From Octopus bimaculoides (taxonomy: Eukaryota): DNA of 64,000 nt. Numbering within the stretch: the stretch's first letter is position 1; every line of letters begins with the position of its first letter. Location: the NCBI RefSeq assembly GCF_001194135.2, contig NC_068984.1, forward strand, positions 98,314,535-98,378,534. The letters run 5' to 3'. Under the pieces are notes generated by a model that worked only from the letters and a program-made list of their open reading frames with translations, ran no database searches and had not been told where the DNA came from. Shown one piece after another: positions 41,601 through 49,607 of the stretch. A program made the translations under genes and the position numbers.

Positions 41601-43452
41601 TTACAATTGTTATGATCTGTCTCAATTAATTCTTGAACTAGCATCATTTTGTAAGGATCCAGTTTCAAATCAGCATGCAGAATCTTCCTCAAACTTCGGC
41701 TAGATATTGCTATGCTATGCTTACAAGCAGAACACTTTGGTGACTGCTGAATAGATGCTGTCACTGATGTCATATTTTCTGGAGTTCTAATGGTCCCAGG
41801 TTTGCCAGGAGATTTTCTTTCCAATGTGGATCCAGTTGCATAAAGGTTAGAAATCCAAAGCAAAATCATTTTCCGGTCTGGTACAGATGCATTTTGACAG
41901 TGCAAAGTGTCTATGGAATACTTGCTGCATTGCTATTACAGAGTGGTTGTTTTCATAATACACTTGAACAACAAAGCCACGATGTTTACCAATCCAAACT
42001 ATCATGGGTTCTAAAAAAGAAAAAACTTTTTTGAGCAATTAATGATGAATACAAAAATGGTAGATCTTAACCTTCCAAATGAAACCTGTCCCACCTCTCT
42101 ACTTCAACTTAAGGTCCACACGGTGCCTCCTCCAAATGTGGGAGATCTTTATGTCCCACCCTGTACAATGGTCAACTAGGTTTTCAGTAACTGTCCTGTG
42201 CACAGTATTTTTCTTCTACTCAAATGCAATTGCAAAAGTTGTTGAGAATTGCATGACTGCTGAAGTTGTAGAATGAAGAGGCCTGAATCTAAGCTGGTGA
42301 TCTTGAATGCCTAGATAGACACTAATTGTAGATAGAAGAAACTTTTCAAAAATTTTGATAAACCAGGCCTCAGATGAGGGATGATAGTTAAAATTTTCCA
42401 TAAAAATAAATAAGCTAAAAACTTGAAACTAGAGGACCAGAGGGTTCGATTATTTCATGATACCAAACTTGCCAAGGATATAGCTAAGTTTGGTTTGTTC
42501 AATTTCTCAAAGACATACAAAGAGCCATCTTCAAAGAATGAAGCAAAAAGTAGTGACACATAACTGACTCTCTTGAAGACATCTGATCAATGAAGAGGGA
42601 CAAAATCTTACATTCTGCAAAATTGATCTACAAATCAAAGATTGGCAGATTCCACAGCCTTAGCTTTCCCACTAGAGTGGCCTTCCATTCATTTGTACTC
42701 GTAAAAATATGGTAAGATCATCACTAAGAGCTAGAATTAGTGAGAGATTCTGTGTACAAGGAATGGGCAACAATTTCTAGAACCAGTTTAATTGCAAGCA
42801 CATAAAAACCAGGAGTAGGGTGCATTGATACTGAAAACATAATAAATCTTTTTTACAAATTCATATGTAATATAAATAAATGTTAGGGTCTTAAGGCTGG
42901 AACTGTATTTTATATGGGTTTATAGAAACTGTTAGCAGGTAGTTTCACATTTAATTGTGGGTGAGGAATTCCCTATCGCTGCTCTGCTTGGTTGCTCAAC
43001 CTACTGGAAACAGAAGCCAAATCTCCCTCAAACCACACCTACCATCATATAAAAGGATACATTGAACAATGTGATCCACAGTCTCTAATAGCTGAGAAAA
43101 AAGATGGGATGGTCATTGTTTGATTGCTTTTGACCATATTTCTGGTATGACCTGAGTTTGCTGACAAAGAGAATTCTGATGTTGGTAACTAATCATTCCA
43201 AGACAGTTGAACAAAACAATAACAAACCTTTTCTTGTTTTCATCCATCTTACACAATTTACTCTATTTTTGTGAGACTTCAGTGTGGACAAAATAGAGCC
43301 AGCATCCTTTATTTGAGATTGAGATACCTGAAAATACAGCAGAAATATATATATATGTGAATGTGTGTAAACGCACCCATGTGGTGTTATATAAAAACAT
43401 CCAGCTGTAGAAACCATGCTAACATAGACAGATGTTAAACGATGATGATGAT

Positions 43453-43509
<57 letters not shown>

Positions 43510-44095
43510 TCTGGTGATTCACCAGAAGTGATAAATTACAGGACTCAATATAAATGTAGAATATTCTTTAATCCATTATATATTGTAATGTAAAAAACAA
43601 ACAGTAAAAAAAATATAACACAGAAAGAACAAAGTATGATAAATCTGGCATTAATTTGATGCTTGAAGTGAGTACTGAATGTCTTGATGTTTCAGACATT
43701 AGTCTTTCAGAAAGAAAAGTTGAAGGAGCAACGGTGTGTGTGTGTGAAAGAGAGAGAGGGAAAAAGAAAGTAAAGGAAAAAATTAATTGGAGGGAGGTAA
43801 CAAGATAAAAACTGTTCTGTGAGGGAGGAGTCAAAACGGGAGGGGGATGAGTGTGGAGGTGCATATGTCAGTGTGTGTACATGCTTGGTAGTGAGCATGG
43901 GGAGATTGGTGTTGATGTGTGTATTTAATGGGTGTAAGCATAAGCATAGACAGGGGAATTTGCCAAGTGTTGGTTCATGGGGATGTGAGATTGAGGCTGG
44001 TGTGTGTGAAAACCCAATAAGATTCAAAAATTGATTAATGTAGTTTATCATTTTTAAGGAGATATTTATATATCTACTTCATAGGTTACACACAC

Positions 44096-44162
<67 letters not shown>

Positions 44163-45783
44163 CACACACATACACAATGGCTTCTTTCAGTTTCTGTCTA
44201 CCAAATCCACACATAAGGCTAAGACCTAGGCTATAGTAGAAGACACTTGCCCAAGGTGCTGCACAGTGGGATTGAACCTGAGACCAGAAGGTTGGGAAGC
44301 AAGCTTCTTAACCACACAACTAATGCCTGCGCCTATCAAAGGGATTGAGGTGCCTGTAAATATATCAGAAATGTGTGTGTGTGTGTGTGTAGCAATTTGT
44401 AAAGACTAAGAGTTTTTGTTTGGTAGTTACCTTCAGAGAATCATTCCAGTACTTAATCACTGTTAGATGCTCATCTTGCTGACAATTATCTAGCACCACT
44501 TCATCATTAGGTGATTCACCTCTGATGGTCTATGTGGGTAGTAATACAATAGGGCCCAACCGGAAGAAATATCATTTGCGTACATTTGAGGACAGTTTGT
44601 TGATTGGGTCCCGCTGATTGCAAAACCGTGGCAGTAGCTGAGACGACAGAGCATCAGATTAAATCCTTTACAGTAACTTAATCTCGATCTAAGTTCAAAA
44701 CCTGTCCAGGTTGATTGTACCAATCCTCTTTCCAGGGTCGATAGCAAAAAGATTAGAGATATATTGAGAACTGATTAGATCAACTATACTAGTTTCAAGA
44801 TAACGAGGGAGACTCTACTTCATAATTCGACGTGCAAAAAATAGCAACTAAATCTCTCTCAAATATAGTCGTACTGTCATAAGGAAAGAAAGTTTACAAT
44901 CGACAATGTAGATCGGCACTGTCATGGTATTAGCTGTCAGTAGCCAAAGAATCAACTCAAACCAGCAGTAACGTTCCTTGTCAGATTTTTCTACTTTCAC
45001 TTCTGACAGCTAATACCATGACAGTGCCTGTACATCTAGACTTTATATAAGATGTTATAGTTTAGGCTGGAACCCTTCATTTCTGTAGATTATCCGGCCC
45101 AACAGTCTGTGGGGGGGGGGGGGGAGATGTTTTTATTACGGCTGGGTTCCAGATGTAAGGCTTTTAACAAATCTTAGTTACAAGAAATTAGAACTATGTT
45201 TCAAACGTATGAACATTAATCGGTGTGATGATTACATCATCTATGTTTTTATTAAGTGTTAAATATTATTTTATCTATTCTATTATATTACATTTTGTGA
45301 ATAAATAGTAACACTAACCGAAAGTATTAAAAGACTGTTTCCTATGTGTGTGTACACATACACATTATTCTTTTAGTGGGTTCATTCATTAAACGGTGGC
45401 TATACATGGGGCACGGCATTCAGTGGTGAAGACGATCATATCCAATCACTTGTATTACAGCAAGATGAAAAGAATAAAGGGATTTGAACTCACAAGTAAA
45501 AAGCTCGAAACCAAAGCTACTCTCGATTCAGTCATTCACTCCAGTATATGCATTACGCAAGCACAAAATATCAAAAGCCAAACGTGATAGTCATACTGAA
45601 GTAACCGTTATCAATAAATATAAAATACATTAACGATGTAAACAGAGATACACTAACCTGGGGTTGGTAAACAACTACAGAATTACAAGATCCAAAGCAA
45701 ATACAGCCATTCTTGCCCCAGTCTGCCACATGAGGTGTGCTATTACAGCCAGCACTGATATATTTCGTAACAACATCCACCAT
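42..45783 (-). CDS. ELP2: Elongator complex protein 2 (WD40 beta-propeller), 18 coding exons, 3'-partial
   Basis: Manual exon chain join(45658-45783,43228-43327,39198-39268,35203-35386,32645-32725,29142-29206,28597-28663,26087-26254,23239-23334,19013-19113,17922-18044,12233-12388,10860-11054,10068-10221,7935-8065,6963-7143,3300-3421,42-166). All introns are GT-AG and phases match. Elp2 hallmark peptides: [113 protein letters not shown]. Confidence 0.97.
480..1110 (-). mobile_element. Highly decayed RTE-like LINE 3' portion
   Basis: The minus strand loosely follows the RT C-terminus and 3' UTR seen in the better-preserved copies; no open frame. Confidence 0.4.
1205..1375 (-). mobile_element. 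tRNA-type SINE, family C (decayed)
   Basis: Shares gattacatc-accccag..ctggtacttattt..cccaaagggatgaaaagcaaagttgac with the 52633-52871 copy. Confidence 0.6.
3300..3421 (-). CDS. ELP2: ELP2 exon 17 ([41 protein letters not shown])
   Basis: Acceptor (tc)n-cag, donor AAA|gtgagt; 122 nt, phase 1 to 0. Confidence 0.95.
3895..5081 (+). mobile_element. RTE LINE 3' UTR with expanded 62-bp VNTR and (GAT)n tail, spanning a gap
   Basis: The gacacat anchor recurs at 3913, 3980, 4042, 4104 and 4166 (period 62 after the first unit). After the gap the sequence is the reverse complement of the 38284 and 63678 copies and ends ggacgttaaac(gat)n. Confidence 0.85.
4173..4761. other. Assembly gap (589 N)
   Basis: Run of N inside the minisatellite. 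Confidence 1.
5381..6841 (-). mobile_element. Non-autonomous Helitron with Pif1-like helicase remnant
   Basis: Minus strand starts TCTATATATATAT at 6841 and ends with a degenerate GC hairpin (ttgggcaatgctggg) followed by CTAG|T at 5381. The internal frame [63 protein letters not shown] (~6015-6210) matches the Helitron RepHel helicase motif CNGTRL...IEA.I.TG...GE.VFIPRI.L.P...F.R.QFPVR..F. Confidence 0.85.
6432..6508. repeat. (GA)n microsatellite inside the Helitron
   Basis: Near-uninterrupted GA run; source of the ERERE/LSLS ORFs. Confidence 0.98.
6963..7143 (-). CDS. ELP2: ELP2 exon 16 ([12 protein letters not shown]...LTVTQLAFS...[17 protein letters not shown])
   Basis: Acceptor attttcag, donor ATG|gttagt; 181 nt, phase 0 to 1. 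Confidence 0.95.
7935..8065 (-). CDS. ELP2: ELP2 exon 15 ([28 protein letters not shown]...ILASACK)
   Basis: Acceptor atcttcag, donor AAA|gtaagg; 131 nt, phase 1 to 0. Confidence 0.96.
9773..9955 (+). mobile_element. tRNA-type SINE, family C
   Basis: ggtgagctggcagaattgttagcatgccgg (A-box-like) ... gagttcaaatt (B-box-like) ... gcctttcatcctttcaggatcgataaattaagtaccag. Confidence 0.8.
10068..10221 (-). CDS. ELP2: ELP2 exon 14 ([22 protein letters not shown]...YFSPVTLH)
   Basis: Acceptor cttttcag, donor ACG|gttggt; 154 nt, phase 0 to 1. Confidence 0.94.
10860..11054 (-). CDS. ELP2: ELP2 exon 13 ([16 protein letters not shown]...[17 protein letters not shown]...LKNK)
   Basis: Acceptor ttctgcag, donor AAG|gtaaat; 195 nt, phase 0 to 0. 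Confidence 0.96.
11114..12024 (-). mobile_element. RTE LINE, 5'-truncated (RT C-terminus, VNTR 3' UTR, (GAT)n tail)
   Basis: Tail (cat)n-cgtttaacgtc at 11114; about 4 VNTR units; the RT end at 11750-12024 matches the coding end of the other copies. Confidence 0.88.
11284..11293. other. Assembly gap (10 N) with duplicated flanks
   Basis: The same ~60 bp occurs on both sides of the gap. Confidence 0.95.
12233..12388 (-). CDS. ELP2: ELP2 exon 12 ([25 protein letters not shown]...[18 protein letters not shown])
   Basis: Acceptor attatcag, donor CAG|gtaagg; GHF..V.D..WDP and DQT.RL.APW motifs; 156 nt, phase 0 to 0. Confidence 0.95.
12640..13620 (+). pseudogene. Decayed mariner (DD34D) transposase
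   Basis: Fragments [44 protein letters not shown] and [15 protein letters not shown] across frameshifts. Confidence 0.85.
13851..15533 (+). mobile_element. RTE LINE, 5'-truncated (RT domain to tail)
   Basis: [19 protein letters not shown]...[25 protein letters not shown], then GR.RKTW and the 3' UTR ending atgatgatg. Confidence 0.9.
15945..16112 (+). mobile_element. tRNA/CORE-like SINE, family B, 5' half (decayed)
   Basis: ggcataggcatgg...gggttcaatccca...ctttgggcaaat...ccaataacttgtgagt..ggaaact. Confidence 0.65.
17922..18044 (-). CDS. ELP2: ELP2 exon 11 ([16 protein letters not shown]...[15 protein letters not shown])
   Basis: Acceptor ttttgtag, donor AAA|gtaagt; 123 nt, phase 0 to 0. Confidence 0.95.
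19013..19113 (-). CDS. ELP2: ELP2 exon 10 ([34 protein letters not shown])
   Basis: Acceptor ttttccag, donor GAG|gtaaaa; 101 nt, phase 1 to 0. Confidence 0.95.
19614..22440 (+). mobile_element. RTE LINE, long copy (AP endonuclease and RT, internal deletion, VNTR 3' UTR, tail)
   Basis: Endonuclease motifs [28 protein letters not shown]; RT motifs [55 protein letters not shown]. Frameshifts and stops are present, with an abrupt jump near 21735 from the Cys-rich region to the 3' end. Confidence 0.95.
23239..23334 (-). CDS. ELP2: ELP2 exon 9 ([32 protein letters not shown])
   Basis: Acceptor gttcatag, donor AAG|gtatgt; FA.TLESVL.GH..W motif; 96 nt, phase 1 to 1. Confidence 0.92.
24615..24842 (+). 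mobile_element. TTAA-flanked MITE (piggyBac-type ends)
   Basis: Starts ttaaccttttagtatt and ends aaatgctaaagagtcaa; a second copy lies in the opposite orientation at 51108-51315. Confidence 0.6.
25230..25678 (-). mobile_element. Two head-to-tail family C SINE copies
   Basis: Two successive gtcgattacatt..ctggtacttattttatt..aaaggatgaaa..caaagt..aactcagaa..ccagctcacc units, each next to an (aat)n tract. Confidence 0.75.
26087..26254 (-). CDS. ELP2: ELP2 exon 8 ([21 protein letters not shown]...[12 protein letters not shown])
   Basis: Acceptor atgtttag, donor AAG|gtatgt; LASC.QD..RIW motif; 168 nt, phase 1 to 1. Confidence 0.93.
26778..26968. mobile_element. Old Tc1/mariner-superfamily MITE (CAGGGTG-type TIR)
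   Basis: Left end tagagtgagccaaaagtca against the reverse complement of the right end cagggtggcctaaaaatca; TA follows at 26969-26970. Confidence 0.5.
28140..28290 (-). mobile_element. SINE family B, 5' half
   Basis: ggcttctttcagtttcc..caaatttactcacaaggcttt..cccaagg..gaacctgaaaccatgtggttg..agcaaacttcttactacacagcca. Confidence 0.75.
28597..28663 (-). CDS. ELP2: ELP2 exon 7 ([22 protein letters not shown])
   Basis: Acceptor tattccag, donor AAG|gtaagc; SL.GH.DW motif; 67 nt, phase 0 to 1. Confidence 0.92.
29142..29206 (-). CDS. ELP2: ELP2 exon 6 ([22 protein letters not shown])
   Basis: Acceptor ttttcag, donor CAG|gtatgt; ILACG.D motif; 65 nt, phase 1 to 0. Confidence 0.9.
29348..32015 (-). 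mobile_element. RTE LINE, long copy (end of endonuclease linker, RT, 3' UTR, tail)
   Basis: Minus-strand ORFs carry [59 protein letters not shown] and RLHWYGRV...GRGRPRKT; tail (cat)n at 29348. Confidence 0.95.
32645..32725 (-). CDS. ELP2: ELP2 exon 5 ([27 protein letters not shown])
   Basis: Acceptor ctggtcag, donor CAG|gtaagt; matches the QT.....GFAL segment of Elp2; 81 nt, phase 1 to 1. Confidence 0.9.
35203..35386 (-). CDS. ELP2: ELP2 exon 4 ([18 protein letters not shown]...[20 protein letters not shown])
   Basis: Acceptor catttcag, donor AAG|gtaagc; WD40 GH...[10 protein letters not shown]; 184 nt, phase 0 to 1. Confidence 0.93.
37290..37715 (+). mobile_element. RT remnant of an RLE-type non-LTR element (HERO/R2-like)
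   Basis: [41 protein letters not shown], then ARMKFK and [12 protein letters not shown]...VKSL.RWY in shifted frames. This recalls the HERO-clade RT pattern (from memory) and differs from the RTE copies. Confidence 0.65.
37724..38134 (+). mobile_element. SINE family B, full-length dimeric copy with (TG)n linker
   Basis: ggtgtaggcatggctgtgtagtaagaag..cattccca..cttaggcaagt (CORE-like) ..(tg)n.. gacaaccaatgttggtgtgttt..gaataagtactaggcttacaaagaataagtcc..actgaaacaagtaaa. Confidence 0.85.
38284..38785 (-). mobile_element. Young RTE LINE 3' end
   Basis: Tail (cat)n-cgtttaacgtccgc, VNTR 3' UTR and the last RT codons; nearly identical to 63678-64000. Confidence 0.9.
39198..39268 (-). CDS. ELP2: ELP2 exon 3 ([24 protein letters not shown])
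   Basis: Acceptor atcatcag (an in-frame alternative AG lies 6 nt further in), donor CAG|gtaact; 71 nt, phase 1 to 0; too short for the ORF track. Confidence 0.9.
39545..39712 (-). mobile_element. SINE family B, 5' half
   Basis: ggcttctttcagtttccgtctaccaaatccac..aaggctttggttggccc..gctatagtagaagacacttgcc. Confidence 0.8.
40840..42163 (-). mobile_element. Full-length but inactive rosa/DD41D-type Tc1-mariner element
   Basis: TIRs CAGGGTAGGGCATAAAGATCGTCCACAT (40840) and CAGGGTGGGACATAAAGATCTCCCACAT (42163) match at 24/28, each flanked by TA. The ORF has [16 protein letters not shown] (DUF4817-like), [29 protein letters not shown]...GIIRPYFFE and WFQQAGA (second catalytic Asp replaced by Ala), with frameshifts. 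Confidence 0.85.
42216..42400 (-). mobile_element. RT remnant of a Jockey/I/CR1-like LINE
   Basis: [11 protein letters not shown]...[17 protein letters not shown] resembles the K.LE.L...Q.GFRP.HSTT.AL RT motif. Confidence 0.55.
43228..43327 (-). CDS. ELP2: ELP2 exon 2 ([33 protein letters not shown])
   Basis: Acceptor ttttcag, donor G|gtttgt; WD40 motif H..RVNCVRW; 100 nt, phase 0 to 1. Confidence 0.93.
44175..44335 (-). mobile_element. SINE family B, 5' half next to a (TA)n tract
   Basis: ggcttctttcagtttctgtctaccaaatcc..gctatagtagaagacacttgcccaaggtgc..gggattgaacc. Confidence 0.8.
44915..45028. mobile_element. 114-bp MITE with perfect 26-bp TIR and 8-bp TSD
   Basis: ggcactgtcatggtattagctgtcag (44915-44940) is the exact reverse complement of 45003-45028; flanks tgtagatc and tgtacatc match at 7/8. 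Confidence 0.8.
45658..45783 (-). CDS. ELP2: ELP2 coding exon 1 ([26 protein letters not shown]...VYQPQ)
   Basis: ATG at 45783-45781; GCN..P...DW motif of the Elp2 N-terminus; donor CAG|gttagt; 126 nt, ends phase 0. Confidence 0.93.
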
Positions 45784-46080
45784 GCTGTTTCTTAAACGGT
45801 GTCATGCGATGTGTTATCTGCTTAAATTTTATTCCGGATAATGTTATTGTGACATTTCACGTGGTCGCTCAAATAGCAATCAAATCTACCTGCACTAAAT
45901 ATGCTAAAACTAACCTGTTTATCAATCTGTCATATCGCAAATTTATTTCTAGTTAGTTTTTTAATGCACCATACGTTAAACATGCTAACATTAACTTAAT
46001 TATTTAGTTATAAAAAATTATTGTTTCGATTGATTATAACGATTTCCTCTACAAAATGTAGATGTGTCACGTCAAAAAAT
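45784..46080 (-). promoter_or_regulatory. Probable ELP2 5' UTR and promoter region (CpG-retaining)
   Basis: Directly upstream of the ATG; visibly more CpG than the introns; CACGTG E-box at 45858-45863; TGACGTGAC (CRE/ATF-like) on the minus strand at 46066-46074. Function is inferred from position only. Confidence 0.45.
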
Positions 46081-47339
46081 ATTACAAAAATAAAAATTTA
46101 AATTTAAAAAATGAGAGTAAAATGTCATGAAATACCTCACTGTATTCTTTCTTCAATATTCTAAGTTTTCGTCTCACATGAGTAAATTTGACATCCCATC
46201 CATTCAGGGCTGTTGCTTTTGTAGTTTTTTTTTGGTCCTTATTGAGCAAACTAAAGGCATTCCAAGCATGACCACGCCACCATTTTTTCAAGCAAGACAT
46301 ATCTACAACTCTATAATCTTGTGTATCTTTCCTCTTTTCGATTTTTTGAGTATAATTTAAGAGAGATTTGACTACTATATCTGACTAGCTAAATGTTCAC
46401 ATATGGACTCCCTCATTGGTTTGATCCATTCAAAGAGTGTACATACCAGTCATATATTGATACTTATCCAAACAATTATACAGGTCTCATAAAAAGGAGC
46501 ACCAAAATATTTGGCCTTCTAAATCTGATTCCATATTGTAATTATGATTTAATAATTTCATGACTTGTAAAGTAAATAATGTATTGCCTTACAAGTAACT
46601 TGGTCATAAGTTCAAATCTTAGTACTTCTGCTGTACTTCAGGCAAGGTACAATACAATACTTACCTTAGCACACCTAACAGTCAAACAGGTTTACCATTG
46701 ACATGACGAACAAGAAAGATATTCAAATTATCAGACAATATAGAAATGTTCAAAATCATTGCAGAACATTATATGAACGTTCACATTGACACACACATAG
46801 TTAAGCAAGAACACACATGTACACACATTAAAATAAACACAGGCATGCAGAAAAACACCCAAGTCCCTTGTTGAATCCAATCACTTGACTGCTGCTTATT
46901 TTATCAACTCTGGGGAATTATAATGTTAATTTAAACTTAGTACTATTTGAACACAGAATGCAGAAGAATATCTTTAATACTATAAAGTATTTAATCTACT
47001 GATTAAATATTGATTGTGTCAGTTTAGTAATTATATCAGAATCCAATTACATCAACAACTTCTTCGTAGGTATGTCCTATCACCTTCTTTTCCTTGTACA
47101 TTTAGTTGTGTGTTATGATTTTATGTTTACTCTCTATTTTTTTTTTTATCATTGTAGTGTTAAATCTTGTAGCATAATTATCAGTATGATAGCCACATAT
47201 AATTATGCCCTTCCTTAGGCAATTATAGTTCACTTTATAATCACATCAAAAAACTTTTGAAAAAATTCATTTGGCATGCTCAGATAAATCATACCAAAAA
47301 TGATGTCTTCCCTCAGAGAGAATTAATAATGGTTAATAA

Positions 47340-48205
47340 TAATCCTTTCTACTATAGGCACAAAGCCTGAAATTTGGGGGAGAGAGATAGTTGATTGCAT
47401 CGAACCCAGTACTCAAATGGTACTTAATTTATCGACCCCAAAAGGATAAAAGGCAAAGTCGACCTCAGACCATAAGCATTTCACCTGGTGTGCTAATGAT
47501 TCTGCCAGTTTACTGCCTTAATAATGATAATTATAAGAACAGCAATAATAATAATAACAGTTTCAAATTTTGACACAAGGCCTGTTAGTTTGAGGAAAGC
47601 AGGCAAGTCAATTACATTGACCTCACTACTGGGCTAGTATTTGATTTATTTCCCTCAAAAAGATGAAAGACATTGTCAGCCTTGTTGGAATATGAACTTA
47701 CAATGCAAAAGCTGGAAGAAATGCTGTTGAGCTAATAATTCTGTCAACTTGCCACTTTATATGGTTTCAAACTTTGATACAAAACCAACAATGTCGGTAG
47801 GAGGGGTGAGTTGATTATATTGAAACCAGTGCTGGACTGACACTTATTTTATTAACCCCAAAAGGATAAAAGGCAAAGCTGACCTCATCAGAATTTGAAC
47901 TCAAAGTAAAGTATAAGAAAAAATACTGCTAAGCATTATGTCTGATGTACTGTTGATCTTGCCAACTTGCCATCTTAATCAAATTTTCAAATTTAAAATT
48001 TTGGTACAAGCTTAGCAGTTTTGAGGGAAGGGTTAAGTCGATTACATCAACTCCAATGCTCAACTGGTACTTATTTTATCGACCCTGAATGAATGAAAAT
48101 CAAAGTCGTCCCTGGTGGCACTTGAATTCAAAACACAAACTCGGAAGAAACGTGGCTGAGGATTTTGTCCAGCATGGTAATGATTCTGCCAACTCACCAC
48201 CTTAA
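47340..48205 (-). mobile_element. Head-to-tail array of four family C SINE copies
   Basis: Four successive units (~47340, ~47555, ~47760, ~47985), each with gattacat/ttgcat..tacttattt..aaaggat-aaa-gcaaag..ttgaac..ctgccaact. Confidence 0.75.
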
Positions 48206-48261
48206 CCTCAAAAAAAAAAAAAAGTAATAATAATAATAATAATAATGATAATAATAATAAT

Positions 48262-49200
48262 ACTGGCCACCACTGCCCTGATCTGGTAGATTTGCAAGGC
48301 CCAAAATTCACTTGTCCATGATGAAAATTACTCCTCCAGTATTGTTTTGACTTCATCTGCAGAATTCATATTTTGAAGACTGTGGGATAAATGATAATCA
48401 GATGGGGCAATGTCCAGCAAATATGGTGGGTGGGGCATTGTTTCCCATTCAAACTGCTCCAGCCTTTGGAATGTCATCCTCGCTGTGTGTGGCTGAGCAT
48501 TATCCTGATGGAAGAATACCTTTTGTCTTGAAACCAAAGATAGTCACTTTTCTTCTAGTGCTGACTTAAGCCGCTCAAGCTACTTGCAGTAGATCTCCTT
48601 TGTTATCATTTCGTTTGAGTTTAAAAGTTCAAAGTAGGCTAAACCTTTCATATCTCACCAAACAGATGACAACACCTTACGTGGGTGGAGACCTTTTTGG
48701 TCCAAAAAAGGTTCATTTATGAGGCATGACAACAAAAAAGAACACACATTCACTCTATGGATGATTAGACTCAGAAAGTTAGTGAGGAACCCATTGACCC
48801 AATTTGCTGACTTTTCCAATGGTACGCAGGTGTTGATGAATGACCAAATCCAAGTTTCTTTGCTAGTTCCTCAACAGTTACGATGGAATTTTGTTCCACC
48901 AGAATTTTCAGGACATCTTCATCAAGCTCTACAGATCTTCCAGGACAAGACTTGTCTTCTAGGCCATAGTTTCTAGCTTACGCTTATTGTCCAATCCCCA
49001 TATACTGCATTAATATTCCTTTCACTTTCCGTTGCATTGTTGCCTTTATTGAACTCATAAATCAAAATATGCCAAATATGCTCCTTTGTCACTTCCATTA
49101 TAGCTTTGAAAAAATAACTGTTAAAATCAAACTGCACTCTTCAAAACTTGCACTAAGAATAAGTACAAGTAAAATTACTACCTGCTTTTATAGCAAGTTG
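48262..49200 (-). pseudogene. Decayed mariner transposase
   Basis: ATG at 49098 (MEVTKEHIWHILIYEFNKGNNA), LHPRKV, VFFHQDNAQPHTAR and PHPPYLLDIAPSDYHL; stops and deletions. Confidence 0.85.
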
Positions 49201-49373
49201 ATGTAGGTAGTTTATCCCATTCCCCTCCAACTTTTAGTTCATGCAATCGAAAAATAATGCACTATTTATGGGATGACCCATTATATGGCCAACAGACACA
49301 GGAAAACTGCCTGTACCTATTTGTGACGAGGGTGATAGAGCAATCTTTGCTTGGACCTGACTATCAGTTAGAT

Positions 49374-49607
49374 CAGTCGTTCTCAACTGGGATCCATATA
49401 ACATTTTGTTGTTAAAATTTATCTGCAATAAATTGGTTATACTTATACAATACACAAAATATATTAACAATTTTTTAAATACAATTCCTAATAATATTTA
49501 ATTCTAAAAAATTTGATTGGATTTTTTTGAAACATTGTTAGGAACGTCTATCCAAATAAAATAGGAATCAAAGGAACCCATAGGTAAAATATAGTTGAGA
49601 AACACTG
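49374..49607. mobile_element. hAT-type MITE with perfect 8-bp TSD
   Basis: Ends CAGTCGTTCTCAACT and (reverse complement) CAGTGTTTCTCAACT match at 13/15; AGTTAGAT is duplicated at 49366-49373 and 49608-49615. Confidence 0.85.

Noticed and set aside
46082-46300. ORF with KKWW...AWNAF, vaguely like a piggyBac transposase C-terminus
   Set aside because: The similarity covers only a few residues and I found no termini or other motifs.
46655-46675. Perfect donor AAG|GTAAGTA on the ELP2 strand 880 bp upstream of the ATG (possible non-coding first exon)
   Set aside because: There is no pyrimidine-rich acceptor before the ATG and the CpG signal points to a proximal start; it cannot be supported without transcripts.
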